The position numbers were made by a program, and so were the translations under genes. Of a stretch of 64,000 nucleotides of DNA, positions 12,080-22,502 are shown in pieces. The notes beneath the pieces were generated by a model, which ran no database searches, was not told the origin of the DNA, and was given only the letters and a program-made list of their open reading frames with translations. Source of the DNA: Malassezia furfur (Eukaryota); NCBI GenBank assembly GCA_052055015.1, contig JBQJIT010000014.1. One strand, written 5' to 3'. Within the stretch, counting starts at the first letter, position 1, and each line of letters starts with the position of its first letter.

Positions 12080-12154
12080 TTCGTGTGGAGGTAAAACGAG
12101 GCTGGGTATCGGCGGGGATCACTACCGCAGAGGCTACAAAGGGCGCAAGGCTGG

Positions 12155-12888
12155 TCACGCTTGCTTCTTCTTCTTCTTTTTCTTGGAGTCGGAGTCCGTT
12201 TTGTGCTTAGACTTGGAGGACTTTTCGCTGTCCTTGGTCGCCTTGACATCGGCCTGGTGCAGCTTGTCCTGCGCAAAGGCCTCGAGGTTGGAGGCGGCCT
12301 CTTTCTTCTTTGTCTTTTTCGTCTTGGATTTTGCACTCATTTCCGATGTTGCACTTGGATCCTTGGTTTTCTTTTCTTTCGCAGGGCGCGACTTCTCCTC
12401 ATCCTCGTCAAAGCGTGTGTGCTTGCGCTTTTCGCCTGCCGCTGCCGCAATCATACGCGAGGCAGCAGCTGCGTCGATCCGTTGCGAGGGGCCGGCATTG
12501 TCGGCTTCCCCATCTTTGTTCTCGGCCTTCTTGAGCTTGGCAAAATAAGTGTGCACACGTTCCAGTTCCATGTGCACTGGGTGCGTCTTGGGATCCACCC
12601 CTTTACTTTTGAGGTACACTGGGTCAGCAAGAAAGACGTACTCCAGATAACGTCCAGGAAGACATATGCGGCGCTTACGAGGAGTTTGGCGCCCGTCAGA
12701 CGCCCATGCAACACGGCGTTAGCGTCCTGGGCCCGCGCATCGGCGTCTGAGCCCTCGAGATCAGCGAGGATTTCTGCCATGGGTTTATTGAACGTGGCTT
12801 CCACAGCGGATTTTAGTGCCGAGACCTCCTCGTTCAGAGACGAGATGGTCGACGTAGGGTCATTGACAGTGTGCGCGTACGAGGTCAT
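12155..12888 (-). CDS. LRP1: Exosome cofactor C1D/Rrp47/Lrp1 (Sas10/Utp3/C1D family)
   Basis: Spliced AKLLVSAAYVFLDVIWMYLKSKGVDPKTHPVHMELERVHTYFAKLK using a 23-nt intron at 12619-12641. Lys-rich C-terminal tail. Confidence 0.88.
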
Positions 12889-13077
12889 CGTCGCACGGCA
12901 GACAAAAAAATACGACGCCGACCTCCACACCTCATGCCAGCCCAGCGCGGGGGTTAGAAGGGTGCCAGTGTGATCCGTGTCGTTTGATGGATCGCCTGCG
13001 CATCCAAATCGCAATGCATACGGTCCTGCTATTCTAGTGCATACTTTGCCATCTCTATGGCTGCGGCCACGCCGCCG

Positions 13078-14001
13078 TTAGGCGCATGTCCGCCAGATGT
13101 GTTCGGTTGACGGTCCCTCGGCGTGTGGCTGCGCGCTCGAAATGGACTGTGAGAGACGGATCACATCGTCAACCCAATCACCCACGCGGTCCTTAGCACC
13201 GACTTTGATGCGGTCGACAATCTGTTCCCAGTCTGCACGGAGCTCGTTGAGGAACCGCTCGCTCGCCTCGGGAAACACCTGGCGCAGTGTGTACGCCGGG
13301 GTATTGGTGTGGGCACACATCAGGTTGCGAGTCACGCCATCGACGGCCCTTGGTCCGGCTGACCAGTTGCGAGACTCGTGTGTGCCGCCTTGCTCGTGCT
13401 GGAGCGCCCATGCGATCTCGAGAAGCATCGCCTTGTCGCCCTTGGCGTAGCTGCGCAGGAACGTGGTCCATCCGGATCGACGGCGTGTGTTGATGAACCA
13501 CAGAACTGCTTGGTTGTACAAGAGACACTCCGACTCGCTCTTGGCCTCTGCATTGGTTTCGGCGAGGATGCTCTTTTTCGCGCTGCGGGAAGGGAAGGGG
13601 TGTCCGAGGTTCCGGAGAAACCATGCGCGCATACGGCCCGCATTCAACGAGGCATCGCCCTTGTCATGCTGTGCGTCGTGTGTCTCGTGGGGTACCATGG
13701 TGCTTTGGAGCAGCTCGTGCAGCTCGTTGCGCGTTGTGCTGCGCATGAGCGTCGTCTCGTGCTGCTCGGCACGCAGGAGATGAGCGACGCGCTCGAGACG
13801 CTGTCCGACGCGCGCACCCAGGTGACGGGTCGCGGGCGCGAGTGTTCCCTGCTGCTCGCTCTCGAGGATGGCGCAGCGTATGCGCTCGGCGGCCGCATGC
13901 ATCTGCGCGAGCCGCGCGCCGTGCGTGTTGCTCGCGAGGGCGCTGAGTAGCAGGTTCTCGAAGGCGAGCAAGTCCATACACAGCTCCTCCTGCGATCGCA
14001 T
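13078..14001 (-). CDS. bE: Mating-type HD1 homeodomain protein (bE)
   Basis: Atypical homeodomain MRAWFLRNLGHPFPS...QAVLWFINTRRRSGW. Divergently paired with an HD2 gene; ATG at 14001. Confidence 0.92.
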   Translation of the reverse strand: MRSQEELCMDLLAFENLLLSALASNTHGARLAQMHAAAERIRCAILESEQQGTLAPATRHLGARVGQRLERVAHLLRAEQHETTLMRSTTRNELHELLQSTMVPHETHDAQHDKGDASLNAGRMRAWFLRNLGHPFPSRSAKKSILAETNAEAKSESECLLYNQAVLWFINTRRRSGWTTFLRSYAKGDKAMLLEIAWALQHEQGGTHESRNWSAGPRAVDGVTRNLMCAHTNTPAYTLRQVFPEASERFLNELRADWEQIVDRIKVGAKDRVGDWVDDVIRLSQSISSAQPHAEGPSTEHIWRTCA

Positions 14002-14130
14002 AGTGGGTCGGTTGCCTACCGATCGTTCCCTTGTCGCATTGGCCTTTGACACGACACACAAAGGGCCTCCACTGTGGCAGCGCACGGACCCTGCCATTTA
14101 AGCCGGCGGTGTGCCGCACCCGTATCCTGC
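14002..14130. promoter_or_regulatory. bE/bW bidirectional promoter with PRE-like HMG-box sites
   Basis: 129 bp between the ATGs. ACAAAGGG at 14058-14065 and reverse-strand ACAAGGGA at 14027-14034 are near matches to the Ustilago PRE ACAAAGGGA. Confidence 0.6.
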
Positions 14131-15573
14131 ATGCGTGTCGAGCTCGACTTTCTCGATGGCTGTCTGGCCGTCCTGCAGGATCTGCGGGCGGGGGTGAGCC
14201 CCGCATCGTTGATCTCTCCGGCGTCGGGCGCGCCAAGCGCCACGCTCAACTTGCGCTCCATCACCGTCGACGCCTTCGCCGCGGCGGTGCGTGAGCGTCC
14301 GCTCGCCAGCGACGTGCAGGACGCGCTCCTCTCGCTGTTTGAGCGCGCGGTCCAGCGGCTCAAGTCCACCTTTTCCCAGCACTTCGCGGATGCGCAGTCG
14401 CGGTGGGGCGCGTCGCGCGCGCATGCGCTGCCCCTGCTCCACGAGCTATTTGAGACGCAGTGCGTCATGGCGGTGCAAGAGACCCAAGACACCATTCTCA
14501 GTTTTGTGGACGAGCGACTCGACGCGTACATGACCGAAGCCAACTCGTCACACCCATGGCCACGGCCGCACAACGCCAAGGCGATCGCTATCCTCGAGAC
14601 GGCCTTCCAGCACGCGCCCAACATCACCCAGGCGGAGAAATACAAGCTCGCGGAAGCCACGGGGCTCCAACCGCGACAGGTCACTATATGGGTACGTGCG
14701 CCACTGACGCAGTTCCAAAACCGCCGCAATCGCCGCACGGGCTCGCGCCGCCCACTGAAGCGCGTCGGCGGCCGTAGTCAGGTCGCTCGGCCACGCACAC
14801 CGCCACGGCTGGCGCCGGTGCCCCTGGCGCGGCGCAAGGATGTTGCCGAGACGGTCTCTTCTTCACAAGGCTCCAGCGAGCCGAGCGAGCCGAGTATGCC
14901 TATTCCGCCGACGTCTGCCGACGCCACTGCCAAGGTCGAGCTGGGGCTCGATGCGCCAGGCATGGAGTGGGCCCCATCGTCGCCCGAGCCGCTCGCTCCT
15001 ATGGAGCTGCCATTGCTCGGTCCACCGCCACTGTGCCCGATCCCCGAGCCGGTCGCGAATGCGCCTGCGGCGCTGTCGCTCGACGATCTCTTGGTGATGG
15101 ACAACGCGCGGCAGTGCCTCGTTTTTTCTCCGCTCGACTCCTTGCCGCGCCTCGACTTTGCCGACCTGCACCTCGACATGGAGACGCTCGAGCAGGCGCT
15201 GGGCCTCGCTCGGCCCGGCCCGTCGCTACCGTCACTGTGCACGGTACCAAGTGTGCCGTACGACGAGCTGGCTGCTGCCCAGGCGCTGCTAGCCCAGCCG
15301 CTCAGCGTCGCGGACGAAATCGTGGCGCACGCACAAGCCGAGGGCTGGTCTTTTGGCGACCTTGTGACACCCATGCGTATGCCGCCCGGACTGCATCCGT
15401 CGTCGGAGCTCGAGCGGCTGGCCGTGCATCTCGAGGGCCATCTGCATTCGCCGCTGCGCCCGCGGTATGAGCCGATGCGCACCTCGGCGCCGGTCACCGG
15501 CCCGCCGCGGTGGCTGTCGATGCCGTGCATGGGTGATCCGGGCGAACCTGGAGTCGCAGCGACAGGCAAGTAG
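14131..15573 (+). CDS. bW: Mating-type HD2 homeodomain protein (bW)
   Basis: Homeodomain HNAKAIAILETAFQHAPNITQAEKYKLAEATGLQPRQVTIW|FQNRRNR after removing a 21-nt intron at 14692-14712. Pro/acidic C-terminal region. Confidence 0.93.
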   Translation: MRVELDFLDGCLAVLQDLRAGVSPASLISPASGAPSATLNLRSITVDAFAAAVRERPLASDVQDALLSLFERAVQRLKSTFSQHFADAQSRWGASRAHALPLLHELFETQCVMAVQETQDTILSFVDERLDAYMTEANSSHPWPRPHNAKAIAILETAFQHAPNITQAEKYKLAEATGLQPRQVTIWVRAPLTQFQNRRNRRTGSRRPLKRVGGRSQVARPRTPPRLAPVPLARRKDVAETVSSSQGSSEPSEPSMPIPPTSADATAKVELGLDAPGMEWAPSSPEPLAPMELPLLGPPPLCPIPEPVANAPAALSLDDLLVMDNARQCLVFSPLDSLPRLDFADLHLDMETLEQALGLARPGPSLPSLCTVPSVPYDELAAAQALLAQPLSVADEIVAHAQAEGWSFGDLVTPMRMPPGLHPSSELERLAVHLEGHLHSPLRPRYEPMRTSAPVTGPPRWLSMPCMGDPGEPGVAATGK

Positions 15574-15617
15574 GATGTACGAGCTAGAGAAGGGGACGTG
15601 GCTATGAGAGCACAGGC

Positions 15618-18600
15618 CTAGCGGCGCGCAGCGGGGTCCTCTTTGCCAGTGCGCGCCATGTGGCGTGACGTGCCGAGCGCCTCGAGCGTGAGGGCAAACA
15701 GCGTCTCCTCCTCCTTGTCCCACGGACGACCGGGGTTCTCGTAGCTTGCCTGGAGGCAGCGTGCGAGCTGCGTGCGCAGGACGCGGATTACCACGAGCGT
15801 CTTGGGGTCCATTGTGGCCATGCGCACGCGGTTGTGGTCGATGTACAGCGAACGACTCGTGTATTTGAACTCGGGCTCGCCGCCGGTGATGAGCACGTTG
15901 AGGTCGTCGACGTACGCCGTGTCCCAGGCGTACAGGCGCTTGGACATCATGATGGAGTGGTACAGCAAAAAGTGCGAGGGGCCAAAGCGCGGACGGGTCT
16001 GGAAGTTGACCGAGGTAGGGTGCACCGTGATCAGCTGGTTGTTGGTCATGGTGCGGATTGCGCCGGTGCGTGTGTCGATCCAGGCGACCTTGGGATACAG
16101 CGCTGCGACCAGTGCGAGCTGGATCGCCTGGGGGCACTCGGCGTACTTGTCGAGCTCCTGCGGCACCTCGATCAGGCGTGGGCGGCCCTGGCGCGTGCGG
16201 TTGCGCGTAAGGTCGCGGCGCAGCTCCTTGCTGAGCGCCACAAAGCCCGTGTCGGCGAGGTAGCTGAGGTACTGCTGCCGCAGTTCCTCCACCTGGTATA
16301 GGATGTCCTGCGACAGGCCGTTCACCGAGCACCACTGCGCGCTGCGCTGCTGCCCCACCATACGGCGCCAGGTGCGGTACATCTGCACAAAGCTCAAGAA
16401 GTCACTCCGGTGCTGGTTGAAGCGCGAGCGCGACGACGACAGGAAGCGGTTGTTGGGCAGCTGCAGGAACGGCGACTTCGAGTTGAGGATCGCCGCGATG
16501 GTCAGCGCCGCGTCCACACAGCGGAAGCGCGTCGCGATCAGCAAAAACTTGCCGAGGTGCACGTCCAGCGGCATGTGGCACAGGTGGCGTCCGAGCGTGG
16601 TGATCTCCTCGTTCGGCGTGAGTGCCTGTACCTCGACGAGCGAAGCCACTGCACGCTGCACGTTGATCGCTTGCGGCGGGTCAAGCGCCTGGCTCAGCGC
16701 GTCCTCGATGCTGTCGCCCACCTTGATCTGCATCACCTTGAGCGTGAGCGCAAGCTCCTGCAGCGAGAGACGCAGCATCTCGGGCAGCGGATGCGCGTCC
16801 ATAATCTCGTCGTGCCGCATCTTGGTGAAGAGGTGGAAACACATGCCGTGCTGCACACGACCCGCACGGCCGCGGCGCTGCTTGGCGTTGCTGCGCGCGA
16901 TAAAGCACTCCACTAGGCGGCTGATCTTGCGCTTCTCGTCGTAGCGCATCTCGCGGTGCCGGCCCGTGTCGATGACACACGTAATGTCCGGGATCGTAAT
17001 ACCGGTCTCGGCAATGTTGGTCGCAAGCACCACCTTGCGCATGCCCTTCGGCGGCGGGTCGAACGCCGCCGCCTGGTCCTCGGGCGCAATGGTCGAGTGC
17101 AAAATGTGGATCAGGCAGCGCTGCGGCGCAAACTCGGGCAGCCCAGATAGTGCGCTCTCGCAGTGCCGAATCTCGCCGATACCAGGCAGGAACACGAGCA
17201 CGGCGTGGCTCATCGGCTCAAAGCGCGCGTCGGTGAAGAGCTTCTGGAGGAGCTTCGCGATCAGCTCGTAGTTGATCATGTACTCGTTCAGCTCCGCGAG
17301 CGTCTCGAGCGTCTTGGGGCTGTACGACTTGGTGTTCGCACGAACACTCGAATGCTGCTTCTCCTCGCCGTCGTCGTCGTTCATCTCAAAGTCGGAATCG
17401 TCATCGTCCTCGGTCCGGAGCTTGACCTTGCCTTCGACCGGCTTCGGCAGCACGTACGGCGAGTTGGGCTCCGGTGTGTAGTCACACATCTCCACCACGT
17501 CCTCGAGGTAGTACTCGTCCACGGGGAACGTGCGGCCAGGCACCTGCAGCATCGGGCACCCACCAAAGTACTCACTAATCCGGCCTGCATCGAGCGTCGC
17601 CGACATGAGCACCACCTTCAGGTTGGGCCGCTCCTGCATCAGCACCTTGAGTACCATCAGCAGGAAATCCGACTCAATGGAGCGCTCGTGCACCTCGTCG
17701 ATGATAATGTGCGTAATCTCGTCAAACGAGCTCGACTCGAGCATGCGCAGCGCAATCCCCGTCGTGGCATAGATTAGGCGCGCGTTGCGGCCCACCTGGC
17801 TGTCAAGGCGGATGGCGTAGCCGACGTAGCTGTCCGGACCACCAATCGCGCCACGCGCTTCGCCGAGTTCCTGCGAGACACGTTCTGCGAGTGAGATGGC
17901 CGAGATACGCCGCGGCTCGGTGACGTAGATCTTGCAGGGGTAGCCGCGCTGCAGCGCGTCTTCAAGCAGGTACGCTGGCAGCTGCGTCGATTTACCACAG
18001 CCCGTCTCACCGCTCAGCACCACCACTTGTGAGTGGGCCACAGCGTCGAGGATCTGCTGCCGCGACGCGGCAATGGGCAGCTGCTCACGCCCGGGCACCA
18101 TGGCCTGGTACGCGTCCGACGCACGCCGAGCGGCATACTCCTGTGCAAGTCGGTCGTCCGTGCGCAAGATGCGTTCGGCACGCGGCTTGGACGGTGTCGC
18201 ATCCGCCTTGATCGAGCGAGGCATGCGCCGCGGCGCCACAGGGTGCTTCGCGCGCCGCTCCAGGATATCTTGCATGCGTGCATAGTCGGAGCGCAGGAAC
18301 GCCTGCTTCTCCGTGTTGCGAGCCGCCTCCAGCTCGTCCCAAAACGCACGGAAGCCAGCAGGGAGCAGTCGCTGGATCTGCTGGTCGCGCGCCAGGCAGT
18401 TGAGTGCAGCCGTGGCAATGAGGTCGTCCGCAAGCTGCTGCGTCTCGCAACCTTGGTTGGTCAGCTTAAAGGTATCAAACACCACGCGCGCAGCCGATTG
18501 CCGATTCGCCGTGTTCCATCGGATCTCGAGCTGCGTGCGATGCACCGAGCCGCCGGAGATGGGCATGAACCGCTGCGTGGCGTACGGATCGGTCCGACGC

Positions 18601-20361
18601 AGTACATCGGACAACAGCACACGGGGCGAGCGGGGGCCCTGGGTCCCAGAAATGACGCGCAGCTGCACCGTCTGCGTCTCGACCGGCTCCGGCTTCTCAT
18701 CCAACAGCGCGCCAAGAATCGACGGGGAGTTGTCGTCCGAGTCGGAACTGGACTCCTCCGTATTTTCGGTGGTCTGCTTGGGCATTGGCGGCGCACCCAA
18801 AATATCGTCATCGTCGTCCAAGTCACTTTCATTACTCGCATCCTGGGTTCCACGAGCAGGGAAGTGACCCACAGGGTCATAGTCGCTCTCATCGTCTGCC
18901 CCACCCTTCATCGCCCGCTCAATCTCGGCACGACGGCGGGCCTGCATGTCCGGTTGCGCAGATGCCGGCGCCTGTCCGAGCGGGGTATTGTCGCCCGAGG
19001 GCGCATTGCTGGCGGGCGTCTCGCGCATGCGCTCCTTGAATCGGTCGGCCGCCGCCTTCTTGTTGAACGACGGCTGCATTTCGGCCTGCTTCATCAGGTT
19101 GTTTGCGTCATGGGCAAGCTGCTGGAAGAGCCGCTTGCATGTCGGCTCATACGCCGCATCCTCTAGATAGGGGTCCAGCTTTTTGCCCAGGATCTTTTCG
19201 CGGCGTTTCCTCTCCTGGTCAATGCGCACCAGGACGACGCGTGCCGTGCAATAAGCCTCGACGGAGTTCTCCACGGCATCTGCCAGCGGGTTTTCCGGAT
19301 CCAAAATACTCTGCTGCTCCTTGATCATGCGCTCTGTCTCCAGCCACAGCTGCCGCGGAAGGCCGCGGGGAAGCGAGTCAATGGTGGTGGGCGGCGGGTC
19401 CTTCGGGTGGAGCCTTTGCTGCTCCTGCTCCGCCATAAACTGCTCGCGGGTCTTTCGATCAAAGGAAAATGCATTGTGGTGAGGGGCGATAGTCTCATCC
19501 ACAGCGCTCGCAAACTCGGTCAGTTCGATTTCGCGTTTCTTCGGCTCGGGCGGCTCGAGAGAAAAGGTCGTCACACTGCGAATTTCAGGATCCGGGAGCT
19601 GGATGAAGAGGTAAGCAGCAGCCTCCTCAAATTCCAGGTTGGGTGCGTACTCAATGGCAATGTCTGCCTGTGCCGGCGTGAATCCAATCGAGGTAAGAAG
19701 ACTCCAGGTGGTCAATGCCGTCTCAAGCGTCCGGGCCTTGGTGTCCGTATAGGAGTTTGTGCCGAGTGATTCCTGTACAATCTGGGAGGGGAGAAGGGGG
19801 TCCGTGGCTTCCTTCGTTGGCTCGTTTTTGGACGACGCAGGCTTGGGTGCCTCTGTCTTGGGTGGCTGTGGTTTGGGCGGCGGTGGCGATCCCAGTGAAT
19901 AGATTGCTACGCCACTGGACGAGCCCCGCGGTGCCGTTTTTACGCCAATGCTCGGCTCCTCCTCTTCGACGTATTCGCCCTTGGCAAACGCCACAATCTG
20001 ATCACGAATGGGACGGAATAGCCCGTACGTAGGCAGAGATTTCGCGAGCCGCTGGTTGAACTCGATGGCCTGGATCAGTACGGCGAGTACACACCTTAAG
20101 TTTCCGCGGCGCCTCCTTTTCGACCTTGGGGTTAATCAGGTCGACGAGCTTCTGTAGTTCCGAGGTCTCCTCCGACACAGGCTCCGCCTCTGGCTCTGAT
20201 GCGGGGGCCTCGGCAGCAGTCGGCGGTTTGGGCGCCGGCTCCGGCGCCGGGGCTGGCTTTGCCTCAGCCTCTTTTGGCGCTGGCTGCTCGCGTTTTGGCA
20301 CCGAGGTGGTAGCGAAACCGCGCTGTACGTTCGATTTCAGCGACGGTTTCTTCTTGCCCAT
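15618..20361 (-). CDS. DEAH-box RNA helicase, DHX29/DHX57-like
   Basis: Motifs GETGCGKSTQ, DEVHER, MSAT, TNIAETGITIPD and QRRGRAGR plus an HA2 region. Exon 1 MGKKKPSLKSNVQRGFATTS is joined by a 25-nt intron at 20070-20094. Confidence 0.92.
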
Positions 20362-20418
20362 CTCGTCGTAAGGGTGGGTGTGTGGAGCCGATTGCCCGAT
20401 ACGCTCCCTCTTCTCGCC

Positions 20419-22458
20419 ATGGGTGACAAGGACGTGGAGAGCGGTGGGAGCGCGCATCCCGCCAGCAACAAGGCGTATGTGCAACACTGACGCAGGTCCA
20501 GCGCCATGCGTAATCAACCTGTGAAGAGATACGATGGCGAGCCATTGACGCGCGTCGATGTGCAGCACGCGATGCTGTGCTACCTCTTTTCGGACACGCG
20601 CCGCGTCTTTACCAACCCTCGTCCTGGTCCACGCGGCGCGCCCACTTCCACGTTTGTGAATGCACTGGGGGATGCGCCGCATGGAGAGGCGGACAAGGGA
20701 CTAGTCGCGAGCCAGCCACCAGCCGTGCAGGTGCAAGTCGCCGAGGCGATCAGTGGGCCTTTCCCTACGCCGCTCTGGCCGTACGGGCAGTCGGCTGGCT
20801 CTGCACGCCGCAGCGATGAAACGCCCGAAGAGCTCAAAGACTGGGAGTCGCGGCGTGCAGCGTACCTCGACTGGCGCAATGCCGAGTACCCCAACTCGAT
20901 CACACCCGTCGCCGAGCTCGACCATCCGAATATGCAGTGGCAGCACCCTGGCGCCGAGAAGCTCACGTTCAAGGAACTCTATATTGAGGCGCTCATGAAC
21001 AGCTCCAAATGTACCAAGAGCATGCGCGAAAAATGTTTGCTTGACGAGGAATATGCCGAAGACTTTTCCAAGGTGTGCCTGCTGGTGAATGTGGGGCGCA
21101 TCAACACGACGCTCGCATTCTACCCCGAGATGAAGACCATTCTCCGCTCCTACCACCCTGTACCCTCTCTGCAAAAGTCGGAAAACACGCGCCGCAACAT
21201 GCAGGATGCGCCGCGCATGAAGTCGCTGCTCAAGGCGGTGCTGCTGCCGTACGAGCGGCCTGGGCCGCCAGGCGGCACTGCGACAGCGTCTGCCGCGGCG
21301 CGCCACAACCCCGGAGAGGATACCGAGGAGGTGCCGTCGGACCTATCCGAGATTGCGCGCCGGCTGCGCCGCGACCACCTGCCGCCGACGTCCGTGGTGA
21401 CGCTCATCTTCTTGCTCACACAGCAGGCAAACGACGTGACCAGCCTGCACTTCCCCGCGCCGTACGACATCCACTCTCTCTTCTTCCCCCAAGCATCACA
21501 CCCCATCTCGGCCAAGCAGCGCTCTGAGGCGTTCCTGTGGCTCATCTACCACTACCTCGAGGGCCCTGCGGCCAAGAACCCGGGCGAGCCCGGTTCGGAA
21601 AACCCGTTCGACAATGCGTCCTCAATCGCCGCACGGGAACAGGCGCACCGTGCATGGGTCGAAGCCGGCTCGCCGCCGCTCACCGAGACTCAGCCATTGT
21701 GGCGTGGCGTGTGCAACCCTGCGTACACGCTCTGGAAAGAGACCCACGAGGTCGGCGCCACCGAGGAGGAGCGCAAAAAGGCGCGCCAGCGTGCCGAACA
21801 GACCGAACCGTGCCCAGAGGCGTACACGGACCGTTTGCTTGTCCCCGGCTTCTCGCCCGTGTCCACCGAGGCATTCGCCGCCGAGGACGCAGACACGCCC
21901 GAGGAGATCGAGTGGGGCAAGCAGATGCAGCAGGAGCGCGCCGCGTTCCTGGTCCGCTTCCAGGAAGAGGAGCAGGCCAAGGTCCTGGCCAACGGCGGCA
22001 CGGTCGACGAGGATGCGGCAAATGAGGAGGCCAAGCCGAAGCGCCGCATCCATGCGGGTACACAGAGCTGCTATCCTCTCGCCAACATCCTGGCGAACGC
22101 GGCGGCCGCCGGCTCGAACCAGGGCGCCCTGGCGCGCTCGCCGATCGGGTTCGTGAAGCGTGCACGGCTCTCGTCGCGGCAGACGCACAAGGACTCGCGC
22201 GAGTCATCTGTTGCCGTTGCAGAGGACCTGCCGACGAGCGAGGCTGAGCCGCTGGATTGCCAGGGCTCGTCGCTGTGGGACCTCTCGTTGGAGGAGCCTG
22301 CGAGCCAGGCACAGACCTCGTTGGTGGAAGAGACGTGGCAGAGTATTCGCAACGCGAAGGGCGACGAGACCGTCGACGAGCCCTTCTCGAATGCGAGTCT
22401 CGCGCGTATCTTGCTGGTGCACCGTAATCTGCGCGAGATGCGCGAGGCGCCGTTGTAG
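20419..22458 (+). CDS. IES1: INO80 chromatin remodelling complex subunit Ies1
   Basis: Motifs KRYDGEPLTRVDVQ, TFKELYIEAL..SSK, CLLVNVGRINTTLAFYPEM..LRSYHPVPSLQ, QDAPRMKSLLK and AFLWLIYHYLE. 21-nt intron at 20475-20495. Confidence 0.88.
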
Positions 22459-22502
22459 ACGTAGTCCCTTGTAGCCTTGGCGACTCCTCCACTTGGCTCA
22501 CG

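Noticed and set aside
14002..14130. N-terminal extensions making bE and bW overlap (ORF track starts 14097 and 14074)
   Set aside because: The bW extension starts at a non-ATG codon, and the bE extension would run through the shared promoter. ATGs at 14001 and 14131 fit the usual divergent layout better, though the upstream bE ATG is not strictly excluded.
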